Of a stretch of 64,000 nt of DNA, positions 25,194 through 38,695 are shown in pieces. Every line of letters starts with the position of its first letter. Position 1 is the first letter of the stretch. The position numbers and the translations under genes were made by a program. The DNA comes from Paragordius varius (taxonomy: Eukaryota > Animalia > Nematomorpha). The DNA lies in assembly GCA_964247055.1 (NCBI GenBank), contig OZ176058.1, positions 1,674,001 to 1,738,000 on the forward strand. The letters run 5' to 3'. The notes under the pieces were generated by a model that did no database searches, was not told the origin of the DNA, and was given only the letters and a program-made list of their open reading frames with translations.

Positions 25194-26472
25194 TTTAAGA
25201 CAAAAGGAATAACCAAATTATCAAAAACGTCTTTTAGCATAACCTTTTTTACAAAAAAGATATAACCTTTTTGAGAATAGTTTTTTTTGAAGAAAAATTG
25301 GTAGCTTCTTCACTTTACTAAACAATAGACGCTAAAATATTACTTGGATTACAATACTATTAAAATTTTAGCCATTTAAATTTTAAACAAACGTTTAAGC
25401 GATTTTAGACAGATTAGCACGTAATGAAATCTTTTCAATAAGCCAAATAAGATGTGATAAGCCAAAATATTATTTACAGATAAATTTTTTAATGATTATC
25501 TATAAATAATTCCCATATAATAATAATTTTCGGAAAAAGCAATACAGATCCCATTGTATATATCCTATTAAACAAGATGTTTCCAACACAAATAACTTTA
25601 CAGGCCGCCTTTTCAACTCAAAAACTCAAAGAGCCAAATTTGAAATATATATATATATATATGGGCATCCATAAATAATAATTACATTTCAAATACAAGA
25701 CTGCAAAATGCATTATAACAATTATTTACTTGTTTCCACCATTGGATAGACTTATTTAGATTGTTGTGGTAATAACATTTTGGAAATATTTTTTTGCATA
25801 TTTTTGCAAATTAGAAATTTCTAAATTTTTCGCGGTCGCGAATTGAACTCTAAACATACATTGTATGGTAATAATTTATTGATAAATACAAATCATAAAA
25901 TAGAGCATTTGCTGGATAAGGAGAATTGAGATGAGGCTTGCTTGCATTTAAGAAAAATATAATACGATATCAATTAAGATATTTATAGAAAAATTACAAT
26001 ATGATTTTATAAACAATGATCGTTTCACAACATTTGTAATTAATAACTTTTGACGTAGCTTTTGGAATAAAAAAAAGTTTTATATAGATAATTGGTATTA
26101 GCTTAATTACAGTAAAACTGAAATTATACGGGCAACACGTAAAAATATAAAGCAAATATTTATTTCTAAAAGACAACCATACTTTTTAAATCATGACTTA
26201 TTTCATACTCATTGTTTTAAATAGCAAAGTGTGAAATAGGGATATATATTACTAACACAATAAATCATATATTTTACAATTGTAACTAAATAGCTTATAT
26301 ATAGAATTAAATTTAAAAAAGTATGGTTGTCTTTTAGAAAATAATATTTGTCTTTATATTTTTGTGTTTTCTCCGTATAATTTCATTTTTTACTGTAAAA
26401 ATTTACTAAATAAATAAATAGATTATTTTTAAAAAGTTTTCGAATATAAATGATATAAAATAAAAAATTTAA

Positions 26473-26581
26473 TCATGCGAATTTATGTATATTGCAAACA
26501 AATGCATTTTCAGCTGTGTAACCAATGTATTGGAAGCCATCTCAATCCTCATTTTGTTTTCAGAGATCAAAGAGTATTCTA
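26473..26581 (-). pseudogene. Decayed copy of ATG8 terminal exon
   Basis: Same 109 nt length as the intact exon, but with two in-frame TGA stops and the terminal Gly codon changed to GTT. Confidence 0.85.
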
Positions 26582-26699
26582 CTAATTACAAAAATATCCA
26601 ATTTTAAAAACGCAACCTAAAAAGCAAAAAAATTGATTAATAAATATATCTTTATTAATTTGATTGATAGAATTGTAGTGGTATTTATTAGAAAAAGAG

Positions 26700-27310
26700 A
26701 ACATATAATATAAAATTAAGCTGGAAATAAAAGCAAATTTAATTGAAAAGAAAAGCTAAGGACGAGCTTAGGGGTTCATAAAATACTTAGTTCCTGTAGT
26801 TTGCAATTTAGAAAACAAGATTACATATATAGACGTCGAGTGATGTAAGTACCTATGATTGTGACAGAAAAAAATTAGCCTGTGAAGGATAACATCGGCA
26901 TCCTATATATTTATAAATATATATTTACTTTGTGTGATAATAATTTTTACCTAAAATATTAAAGATATCATACTGCCTCTCTTTACAAGGTTCGAAGCGG
27001 TGCTCATCAGTTTAACGGCCACATTTCCAAAAAATAAAATACTCAGAAAAATATTTTATTGAATTTAAAACATGAAAATCAAGTTTTTCTAGTTGTTCCA
27101 TTGCTAAAAACTCTTTGAACACGTAATTTTAAAATAAAACAATCTTTTATTGTTAACGGAATGTGGGAATAATAATATTTAACGATAAATAATAATCTCC
27201 TGTTTTACCATCAAATAAAATATAAACAACAGATATAATTTTTCTGATTAAATTAAGACGTGGTAAAAGAGGGAGAATCGATATCCAAAATTAATCTTTT
27301 GGCTATTTAA
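26700..27310 (-). pseudogene. Decayed multi-exon gene of unknown identity, copy 2
   Basis: Micro-exons of 22, 23 and 28 nt separated by introns 26951-26973 (23 nt), 26903-26928 (26 nt), 26853-26879 (27 nt, GC-AG) and 26801-26824 (24 nt, acceptor mutated). Phases chain correctly: RGS|KNYYHTK|MPMLSFTG|TYITRRLYI|LQELSIL*. Confidence 0.5.
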
Positions 27311-29349
27311 AATGAACTTTATAAATAAAGTTATATATTAGCACATCCAAATTAGATTTAAATTTATTATTATAAAAAAAATTAAAATTATTATAAAAAT
27401 TTATAAAATGGAATTAAGTCCTAAGATTAATTACTTTCAAAAAAGCTAATATTTATTTATTCTTTAAAATATTAACTATTATTTAAATTATATAGTATGG
27501 TTATTTTTAAAATTTTTAATATCCATAATCACAATCGTATGTTATATAAATCAAACTAAACGAAATGGATTATAAAATAAAATTTAAGAAATTTATGAAC
27601 TACTATGACCAATATAATTGCAATAAATTAAATTTTATTTTTGACAAAGCTTCAGATAAATCTTCCGTATTTCGGCAATAAACTAGCTAAAAATGTTACA
27701 ATAAATAGTTATTTTTACAGTCTTTTGTTAATGCCAATACATTTTTCAAATGCGGCCTGCAAAGCGGTTTTTTTTGGAGACCCCTGCTTAGATGATCCAT
27801 ATATTTGGTTCAAAAATATAAGAAGTTTTACAGTATAAAGTTGAATTTGGGCACGTAAAAGATACAGTAAATTGGAAATTATACCAACAAAATGTAAAAT
27901 TATGAAAACAAATATTTTTAAAAATAACCATACTTTTTTTAACCTTAATTATTCTATAAGCTATTTAGTCATAAATGTAAGGCCTAAATTGATTGTACTG
28001 TTAATATATATCTCTATTCCACACTCTACTATTATAAACAATGAGTTATATTAAAATAAATCAAAATGTATATATATGGTTCTCTTTTAGAAAAAAATAT
28101 TTGTCTTTATATTTTCACGTCTTGTGTGTATAATTTCAGTTTTTACTTTAATAGCCAAATATTAGTTTAAAAAACACATCCATACTTTTCAAAACTTATA
28201 ATTGCTATATTTAATTAGATACATTAAAATGATTGATTAAAAATTTCGTCTCTATCCTCCGTGTAACTAAAATAGATGAGCTATATAAAAGGTTTTTAAT
28301 TATTAATGTTAAAAAATATGGTCTTTTGGTTTTTACGTTTAATGCGTAAAATTCCATTATTAACTGTAAATATATTTTTGGTGGATTGTATTTACAATTA
28401 TTACCAAATTTTATGATTATACTTAATACACCAATGGTATTAAACTTAATAAAATGTAAAAAACACAATTAATATATTTTAAATGATTGGTAATTTAAAA
28501 TTACTGAATTTAAATACACTTGGATGCTTGATAATAAAGTGTGATAATTGAAAATAAGTTTCGTGATTGTATAAATAAAGCTATAATTATTTATAAAAAA
28601 ATACACGCAACAGTATTAAGATGGCAGATAAGATATTAATAAGAAAAATTGTATGATAGTATGATTGATGGGGATCTATAAATAAATAAATTAATCGAGT
28701 TAACCTTAATTAAATAGCTGTTTACCATATTTGTTATATCCACATTTTTCTCTGAACTAATTAAAGCATTTGCAAACAAATTTTATTTCTCAAAGATCGT
28801 AGAGCAAACATTTATATAAATTTGTAAATTTTTCACAGTAGTCCAAATATACTAGATAATTTTAAAATAATACTAAAAATTTACTTTGATGCTTAAATTT
28901 TTTCTAATATCAAAACCTTAGCTCTAATTGCCTTGTTTGATCCACTGGTAACGATTGTAATAAAATTTCTAAATATTTAAGGATGGTATTTAGCATCCTA
29001 AAAAATATGTAGGGTTTCCTTTAATAAATTTTTTTATTTACTTGAAAACAAGTGTTTCCTTAAAAATCTAATGTGAATTTTTTTAGGGTTTCCTTAGCTT
29101 TTTATTCACTCCAAATTTAGGAATCGCTTAAAAAAGCTAAGGAAAGAGGTTTCCTTTTTTTATTCACTCCACTCAATGCCTTTATTAATTTCTGGCTTTA
29201 GCTAGCTTGTTGCCTTTAGAAAATAATATTTGTCTTTATATTTTTTGCGTTTTGTCCGTAAAATTTCAATTTTTACTGTAAAAATCTACTAAAATAAATA
29301 TTTTTTTAAAAAGTTTTCGAATATAAATGATATAAAATAAAAAATTTAA

Positions 29350-29458
29350 TTAATCATGCGAATTTATATATATTGTAACCAAATGCATTTTCAGCTGTGT
29401 AACGTATAAGAAGCCATCCAAATCCTTATTTTGTTTGTAAAGATCAAGCATTATTGTA
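29350..29458 (-). pseudogene. Frameshifted copy of ATG8 terminal exon with intact acceptor
   Basis: AAATAG|TACAATA acceptor retained. A 4 nt deletion after GFLY gives STIMLDLYKQNKDLDGFLYVTQLKMHLVTIYINSHD*, with no terminal Gly. Confidence 0.85.
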
Positions 29459-29849
29459 CTATTTACAAAGAAAATTAGGATTTTAAATACGTAACTTAAA
29501 AGGTACAAAAAAATTGATGAATATTAAAAATTATATCTTTTTAATTTGACTAATAACAATTGAATGAATTGTAGTGTTACCAGTTTAATTGTTCATTAAT
29601 ATCTTGTTGCCTCGAACGAGAAACTCGCTCAAAAATATAGTAATCTTAACATAGTAGTTCTTAAATATTGGGGAAAAAATTATATTCACTAAATTTTATA
29701 TCATAGTACCAATAATATAGCGTAATTATTGTATTTCAACAATAAATTAGCACCTAGAATTAGGTTCATAGCCTTTATTATACTAAATTGATATGGCTAT
29801 TTGGCTTTTATAAAATGTTATGGCTATATATATATATATATTAAATTGA

Positions 29850-30140
29850 CAAAATAAACCCCGAGATACACCTGATCGGCATGTGCCTCAAAATGAAATT
29901 ATCATACTTTGGTCACATTACCAGAACTAATGACTTGGAATTCCAACTAATGACAGTCAAGGAGGTCGAAGGATCCAGAAAACGTGGACGCTGCAAGATG
30001 CGCTGGATCGAAAACCTAACCTAAGAAACCAATCTCTCTTTACAACAGTTAACATCACTCACTTACAATCGAATATACTGGAAAAATACACCTTCGAAAA
30101 AGCAATAAATCGGCAACGATCTTTGCTGCAATAATAATAT
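29850..30140 (+). mobile_element. RTE-clade LINE 3' fragment
   Basis: Translates KINPEIHLIGMCLKMKLSYFGHITRTNDLEFQLMTVKEVEGSRKRGRCKMRWIENLT*, matching the RTE/BovB C-terminal YFGH...EG.RKRGR...RW pattern. Sits next to (TA)n and ends in an AAT-rich tail. Confidence 0.85.
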
Positions 30141-30189
30141 AATAAGAAAATGTGTATACCTTTAAGTTTGATATTTATGCAAGCAATAC

Positions 30190-30920
30190 ATTAATAATAT
30201 ACCACCCCATATAAAATATATAAAATATTTCAACCAATTCATCTGATTAATTTGACAAAGAGAGCATATAATATAGATTTGAGTTGGTAATAAATGCAAA
30301 ATTAATTGAAAAGAAAATCTAAAGACGAGCATAGGGGTTCATAAAATACTTAGTTCCTGTAGTCTGTAATTTAGAAAACAAGAGTATATATATAGACGTA
30401 TTGAGTAATGCAAATACCTATGATTTTGATTGAAATTATAAGATTTACAGCGTGTTTTAAACGCTTACATTTGTATTCTAAATAATTATAAAAAAATTTA
30501 CTTTATTTGATAATAAAAAATATTACCTAAAATATTAAAGATATCATACTGCCCCTCTATACAAGGGTCAAATCGGCGCTCATGAGTTTAACGGCTGCAT
30601 TTTCCAAAAAAATATAAAATACTGAGAATTAATAAATATTTTATTGAATTTAAAACATGAAACTGAAAATAAACTCATCAAACAATAAAATTCATCAAGT
30701 ATTCCTAGTTATTTCATTGCGTAAAATTTTTTGAACAAGTTATTTTAAAATAAACCAATCTTTTATTGTTAAGGAAATGTATAAATAAATATTTAACGAT
30801 AAATAATACTCTTTCTGATTTACCATCAAATAAAATATAAACAACAGATATAATTTCTCTGATTAAATTAAGACGTGGTAAAAGAGGGAGAATTAAATCC
30901 AAAATTAATCTTTTGACCAT
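30190..30920 (-). pseudogene. Decayed multi-exon gene of unknown identity, copy 3
   Basis: Paralogous to 16630-17190 and 26700-27310. Includes the probable first exon ORF 30714-30920 (MVKRLILDLILPLLPRLNLIRE...). Confidence 0.45.
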
Positions 30921-31935
30921 TTAAAATGAACTCAAATTCTTATTTATATTTTTATAATAAAGTTTTATATTAGTATAAATGATTAAAGTATTTCATCCAA
31001 ATTGATTTTAAATTATTTTAATTTATATGCGAAAAATTTAACTTAAAGCCAAAAATTTATGAAATGGGAGGTCCTGGAGTTCAATTTCGTTTAATTTTTT
31101 AAGCAAAAGGCTTAATATTATTATTTAAATTTATAGTATGGTTTTTAAAATTTTTAAGATCCGTAATCACAATCGTAGGTTATTCAAATCATACTAAACG
31201 GAAACGAATTATAAAAAAATTAAATTTGGGATAGCTATTATGACCAATTTAGTTGCAATTTCTAATTTTATTTTATTTCATACAAAGCCTCACATAAATC
31301 TATGAATTTTGGCAATGAACTAGCTAAAAATGTTAGAATAAATAATATTTTTACAGTCTTTTGTTACTGCCAATACATTTTTCAAATGCGGCCTACCGGA
31401 TTTTTCGATTCAAAAATGGGCCCGCGAAGCCATTTGAGTTGGAGATTCCTGCTTAGATGATCGATGTATTTGTGACAAAAAATATCCAAAATTGATGTAT
31501 TTATAAGAACATTTACAGTAAAAGTTGAATTTTAAGGACAAAACGTAAAAAATAATATAAATACCGACAATATGTAAAAATATAAAAAATAGTTTTAAAA
31601 ATAACCATACTTTTTTAAATTTTAATTATTCTATAAGTTATCTAGTTACAAATGTAAGACATAGAATTGATCTTACTGTTTATATATATCTCTATTCTAC
31701 ACTTTACTTTTTTAAACATTGAGTTATATTGAAATAAATCAAGATGTAAATGTGTGGTTCTCTTTTAGAAAAAAATATTTGTCTTTATATTTTTACGTGT
31801 CCGTATAATTCAGTTTTTACTTAAATAGCCAAATATTACTTCAAAACACACATCCATACTTTTTAAAACTTATAATTGCGATTAACGATGTCATTACTAT
31901 CCTCGTTTAGTAACTAAAATAGATGAGCTATATAA

Positions 31936-33345
31936 TAGGGTTGTAATTTTGACCCCCTTTTTTAATAAAGGGGATCAGACCTAGGTCGGACCTTGGACCA
32001 GGTCATACCATATCATTACCAATAATAAATAACTACATAAATATAAACACTTGACTAAATTACATAAAAAATGTTTTTAAATAAAGTATATATTTTTTTA
32101 AAGCATACTTTCACCAATACTAATAATTTAAATTTCTACAATTAACGTTCTCTCATGGAATCATACATAAAAACTTATAGAAAGTTTACATCACTGAATA
32201 AGACAAAATATGGAATTAATTGTGCTCTAATTATTTACCCAGAAAATTATTGACCTATATTTAAAAAGATTTATCAGTACAAATTCAAATAATCAATTAA
32301 TATTTATTTCATCCGGATCTTCATCATCACTACTGGATGTGTCAATTTCAACATCCAGCCGTGAGTTATATTTAACGGCCAGCAATTTGTTCAAACGATG
32401 TTTATCTAAACGATTGTGCGAAATGTATATATTTTTGCATCGAAAAGTTTCTTTCAACTGCATTATTTGAGGCAGGTTTAAAACTAATTTCCATGACGAA
32501 TGATTTCTTGATAATCGGTAAATGTGCCAATAAACCTCCAGAATTCATCGTCTCTCATATGGTGGTATTTTAGCATTTACAAAATACCTGTTTTCGCCAT
32601 ATATTTCAGAATCTGTGAATATATTTTATCATAAGGACAATCAATCATTATTAAGACATATATATTTTAGAGCATGAAGTGCTTTTGTAGTGTCCTCGTT
32701 ATTCAAATCCTTCTTTCAACATAGGTACAAACGAGCCAAGAGAACTAAATCCTTTGTCTTTTGCTCTTTACGCCTTTCATAATATTGTACTGATTTTTTT
32801 TAACTGATCTCCAAAAACAGTACTTAAACAGAGTTTCACATTTCTTCCATGTATCATATATATTTGTTATAAGGGAAGTATCAGCCTCCAAATATCTTTT
32901 ATAATTGGCTCCATTATGTTATAGATATAATTGGCAGTCTTACTATGATAAGATGTGTCGTTAATAAAAAATGATTTTTGGGATCCTTGGCCAATAATAA
33001 TTAATTGTTTGATCCTCCCTACAGCTATTAGTAAAGGAATCGACGATAAATGAAATATTATTTTTACATATTCCATCAACTTCTATTTTTATATTTTCAT
33101 AACATAAATCTAGTAATTCATTGGAAATATGTTTTCTATTTGGAATATTCGGTTTTAAACTATGAATGAAACTCCGTTTGTTTTAACTATGTTAAGAGTT
33201 GAGGCTTTAAAAATAAATTTTACTAAATGTTTCTGATTTTAAGATTAAACTTAAGAAATTGAATACTTAGCTTGCTTTCGACCATCACCTTCTCTCATAT
33301 AATTTATTTTGTGAACTTCTTTTAGATGTTTATTTATTTGGTTTT

Positions 33346-33387
<42 letters not shown>

Positions 33388-33625
33388 AATTGCGTTTTTT
33401 GCTTGATTTTTTGATCGAAAAATTTCCACAAGGCTTATTTCAGTATGATTAGGAAAGAAAAGATGTGTTTTTATGATATTTAGAAGAAAATAATATATAT
33501 ATAAATAATATAATTCTCCTAAAAATTGTAAAATTAAAAAATAAAAAAATTAAAAAAAATGGCCTATGTCATTTTTTACGTGGTAGGTCATGACCCTAGG
33601 TCATTAACTAATGGGCACAACCTTA
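31936..33625 (-). mobile_element. hAT-1 transposon, copy C, 1690 bp
   Basis: TAGGGTTGT...ACAACCTTA with the same flanks as copies A and B. Confidence 0.88.
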
Positions 33626-34688
33626 GATATATATAAAAGGTTTTTAAATATAAATATTAAATAATATTGTCTTTTTGGTTTTGTTTTATGCGTAAAATTC
33701 CATTTTTTTACTGTAAATATTTTTTTGATAATTTTACCTAATATAATTAGATTTCATGATTATACTTAATACGCAATGATATTAAACTTTAATACAATGT
33801 AAAATATATAATTAATCTAATTTAATATGATGGGTAATTTATAATACGACAGTATTAAGATGGCAGATTAGAATACGTTAGTAATATCTCTTGTTCTGTG
33901 ATGGGGAAATATAAATATTAAATTAATTAAGTTAACCCTAATACAATAGGTATTAACCATATTTGTTATCCACATTTTCTTTTGTACTAATAAAAGCATT
34001 TGAATTAACAAATATCAATATTTTTTTAGCTTTCAAGCGTTAGTCATCATCTATTTTTGAAAATTAAAATTTTTGGCTATATAAGCATATATATATTATG
34101 AATAATTATTTTATTCATCAAAGAAGAGTTATATCTAGCTTTTCTTAATTATTACACTAGAAAACAAATTTTTCTGCCACTCGAGTTTTTTACAATATAT
34201 GATATTTATTATTTTTACGATAAATCTGAAATAAAATTTATAATTACACCTAAGAATTTTGTATAATTTGATTTTTTGATTATGCGCCCTTTTATTAGAA
34301 TTTAATTAAATGTAAATCTTAAATATACAACATATGCCCGTTAGTCAAATATCATTCGAAAGAGTAATTAAAACGTTTTACGATTGTTATTATTGGACAT
34401 AGGCGACAAACGCGCTAAGCGATAGTGTTTTTATTAATTAATATATCTATAAAAATAATGGATGAAAATGGTTCAAACTTTGTCTAGATGGCAATGAAAC
34501 CCCAAAAAAGATAACATAAGAAGTTTTTGATTAAAACACTTATTTATTGCTTTTATGTCCTTTTAAGTTTTTTTGTTTATAAAAAAATTACCATCATAGC
34601 AATATTAATTTATTTTTTTAGGAGGCTTATAATTCCAAAGACTAGAAACAAAGTTTAAACTATTTTTTATTTTTCTAATGATTATGTA

Positions 34689-35172
34689 CAGTCATGAATT
34701 TTTTCTAACAACAAAAAAGTTAATTGTCTATTTTTAATTTTTTAAGGGAAAGAGCCCAATAATATTAACCATATCCTATTCTTTAAAAAAGTAAAAGATG
34801 TGTGAGGGAAGGGCGTCAGAAATGTAAAAATAAAAATACACTAACAACCTACCCTTATCTTAAAATATTGTTAAAGGGAAATAATAATAATTTTTTCTGC
34901 AGCAAAATTTTATAACTATTTTTTTCAAAAAATTTGTTATTTTAAACAAAACAAATTAATTACGTCAATTAATTTTGTATAGATAAAATTCAATAACTTT
35001 TAGTGAAGGGTTAGTTGTTAGTGTTTTTTATTTTTTACCGAAAATTCCCAACGCCCTTCCCCCACACTTCTTTTATTTTTTTGATGTGATATGGTAAATA
35101 TTATTGGGCCCTTTTTTAGAAATCAAAATACACAATTAAAAAATTTTTTGCAAAATGAAAGATTTATGACTG
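34689..35172. mobile_element. Tc1-related MITE (CAGTCATGA ends)
   Basis: TA|CAGTCATGAA...TTATGACTG. Paralogous to 5301-5974 without the SINE. Confidence 0.75.
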
Positions 35173-36112
35173 CAATAAATTTACTGTTTTAACTATTTAG
35201 CAACAACTCGGTTAAATACTCATGATAATAATTATTTTTATGGAAAAAGCAAACCAAAAGCTGTTTTAATTATTTTAAATTTTTACCCTAATAATTATTT
35301 ATTTACATCTGTTTTAAATTATTTTGTTGAAAATTTTGACTATATAAACTCAAATAGAAATCAAATTAAATGACCAACTACCAATCGAAAGATACAGTTT
35401 TTCGAGCTCTTTCGAATGATATGAAATCGAATCTATTTTAAAAAAAATTAATTTTGATTTCAAGTTTAATGTTAAATTGGGCGAAAATTTATCGATAAAT
35501 CCTTATAAAAAAATTCTTAGGTATTAGACTAATTTTTTTCAGATACACTATTTATGTACTTCAATGAAATAATTTAAAATTGGCAGTTGAAAAAATGGTT
35601 TTGTAACATCATACATAATCGTTATTAGGGGGTTGATTTGATACACTTCGATTCAGATTGGTAACTAGTGACCTCAGTGAAGTGGATATTAAAAAACTAC
35701 TGAAAGAAACATTTAAAATTTGATTGCTTCAATTCTATTACAAATTATATAAATAAGCCAAAATAATTAATTTGGTTTTAAAAGTAACTACTTTGACGCC
35801 ATTTTATTTTACCACATTCAAATATTGTGTATATTTGATTCTAGCCTTGAAGTTTAGGCTAATTTATATTAAATTATATTAAACGTTAATTTAAACCGAA
35901 AAAATGGTTTAAATTGCATTATTTATATTAGTTAATGCATACATGCTGACAAAATAAGTGATATCAAGTTTTTGTAAATAAATCTTTTTTATATTTCAAT
36001 GCATAAATGTTATATAAGTGCAAACTATTTGTTCCAATATATAATTTATTTTAAACAGTCATGGGGTTTCAAAAGATCTCATGTTAATCAGAAAGTTAAA
36101 TGAATGTGTTGT

Positions 36113-37953
36113 ATCGCACCAATTAAATTCTAGTTTCAATGTTATCCAATGATCATTGGATTGGACCGTCCAGTCTTCCAAAAATCTTTACAGTTTGTAT
36201 AAAACATTTTTATATGGTAGAGGATATATTGGCGATTTATTAAGCTTTGTTTTTCTAAATTAATTATAATATTGCGGATGGTTAATGGTATAATATTTTT
36301 TTCTAACCTTTCTTGACATTGGAATTTTAGGTTACCAACTTGGCTACTTTGATTGCCCAAATTTTGTCACCTTCTACCAATTCAATAACATTTTGAAAGT
36401 GAGACGCTTGATTATGTAGGAATTACTATATTTTTGAAGAATCACTTTCTAAAAACTTTTCGAAAGTTTTAGGACATTTGTCCTGTGAAATAGGATATTA
36501 AAGGATTATACATTTTTAAAATTTTTCAATAGCTGGCAGAAGAGCTAACCAACGAGTTTTACAATATCCAAGCATTATTTGATAATAAACTTCTGCATTT
36601 TCACAGAATTCCCTTAAGCGTTTCAACGCGTACCGTGTATATATAAAAATAGGAATGTATTTTAACAACTACATTTTCCATATCTAGGGATTATAAATCA
36701 GCAGCTGTTTGAATAGCGTTGTGTAATATATGTGCACACCCAGCGCCAATAATGTTTTGATTAAGATTATCTACTAATTTATGAAAAATATTTTTTGTTC
36801 CCCTCCTTGCTTTTCCACCAAAGTTCGTATTGGTGTTGTCAGCGCAATATGCGATGATTTTCTTTTTTAAATTATTTTTTTCTAGAATATTCATTATTGA
36901 AGTAAAAATTATGTCGGAATTTTCACCGAGAGAAATGGAACTAAAATTTTAATTTACTCCGGTTTCCGGATTAAAATATCTTATTAAAGTGGGAAATAAT
37001 TTTGTTCATGTGATTTGATGCAGCAGAGTATAGCGATATGAAATTAATTTTCAGCAAATCTTTTTGTATTTCAGAAAATGCATGTGGCGAAAGGACATTG
37101 CACAATGACTTCCGCCTTTGTGCGGGCGCATGTAAATTTTTTATTGAATAAGGTACGAATAATCTGTGAGGTACAATCCATAGATCTAAAGGAATGATTG
37201 TGATTAACCGCGTAAAAAGATAGAACGCCTTCGGCTAGTGCCAAATTCTTTTCTTCCTATCCAAAAGCGGTTTTTCGATAAAAATCGCTCATTTTGTATG
37301 ATGATGTCGGCACATGAACAATTTTTATGTTTCTATGTTTTCATATGCTTTGTAATATCATGCTTGCCGCCATGCGCTAGGGTGAATTCCCCCTCGCATA
37401 AAGAACATTTAATAAATGATTCATTCTTCGTTTTTTTGATAAAAGGAAATTCTTTGATTAATTCATTGTTGAATTAATAACTTCCTTTTGTACTCACATT
37501 TTTTTACTAATATTAGTTTATAAAAATATTACCTTTTTTCGGAGTAAACGTATAAGCTACCGATTTTTGGTATTAATTTGTCTTTTTGATAAGATTGGCA
37601 GGTAATATAACTAAAATATTAGTATAAAAATATATTTTATTACCTTAATTTTCTGAAGTTATATAAGCTACCGATTTGTGGTATTAATTAGTCTTTTTGA
37701 TAATGTTGGTAATAAGATTAGGAAGGAAAATGTATAATCACATGATATAAATGTGAAAAAAATAATAAAAAATTGTAATTTAAAGTTGATATAGATTTTA
37801 AAGATAACTAATGATAAAAAATAAAAAAAAATTTTTAATAAAATACATGCATTTAAAAAAAAATTATTTTTTATATAATCTTGAAAAAGCGGGACATTAA
37901 ACGTAGCGGGACGCGGGACAAAGTGTGAAAAAGCGGGACGTCTGGTCACCTTA
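36113..37953 (-). mobile_element. hAT-2 transposon, truncated copy (one TIR lost)
   Basis: Right end TCTGGTCACCTTA followed by TGTATAGT. The paralogous uninterrupted site TGTTGTATAGTGTT is at ~6929-6943. Minus-strand transposase fragments, e.g. 36691-36894 CADNTNTNFGG...GCAHILHNAIQ. Confidence 0.85.
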
Positions 37954-38695
37954 TGTATAGTGTTAAGTAGTAACATTAAAATCCGATTTTTTTTCGCGTG
38001 ATAATAAAACAGAATGTAGTGAAGATTTGTCTTTAAAACAAATAGTTGAAAATATGAATAATAAATATCAAAATTTTTATTTATGCTTTTAAAAATTGGT
38101 GAACTGATAGTTTTGAGGTCAATACTTTGTTACATTTTTATTTTTTTGTCATCAATGACATTTGGGGGTAGTCATCGACCCTTCATAGCTTAAAGTGGTA
38201 AAACAACTAATTAAAATTAAAATGTCAAACCCTCTCCTGTATTAGAACATAAAACTTTTAAAAATTTTAACTGCTAGAGGCTAAAATTGCGACACCTCCA
38301 AATCACGTTTAAAATTAACAGCTGATAATAAAATCAATAATTTTAAAAATTTGCTGGTAATCCAAAAAAGCTTTGCAATGTTAATTATTTATATTTTTTA
38401 ATCATAATATACAGTTATTGGCGTTTTGTATTTACTGTTTAAAAAAGTTGTAAAAAAATGGCGGCGAAAAAGTTTGAAATGAGGATTTTTAACAATTTTA
38501 AAGGATTTTGTTAATATATTTTTGTATAATGCGCCGCTAAAAAAAGCATATTTTAATTTTGCAAGGTTCCTTATTAATCTATCAGAGGGCTACAGAACTG
38601 TTAAATATTTTTTCTTATTAAATTACTATAGATATTTATTTTGTAATATGAAAGATCCCTTTGAAATTATTGAAAAACTGTCTCTTTATTTTGAG

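Noticed and set aside
8960-30350. Nuclear TGA=Trp recoding suggested by TGA codons shared across paralogous pseudo-exons
   Set aside because: ATG8, MEAF6 and the transposase use TGG for Trp, ATG8 ends in TGA, and one site varies TGG/TGA between copies (27100 versus 30714), consistent with G-to-A decay.
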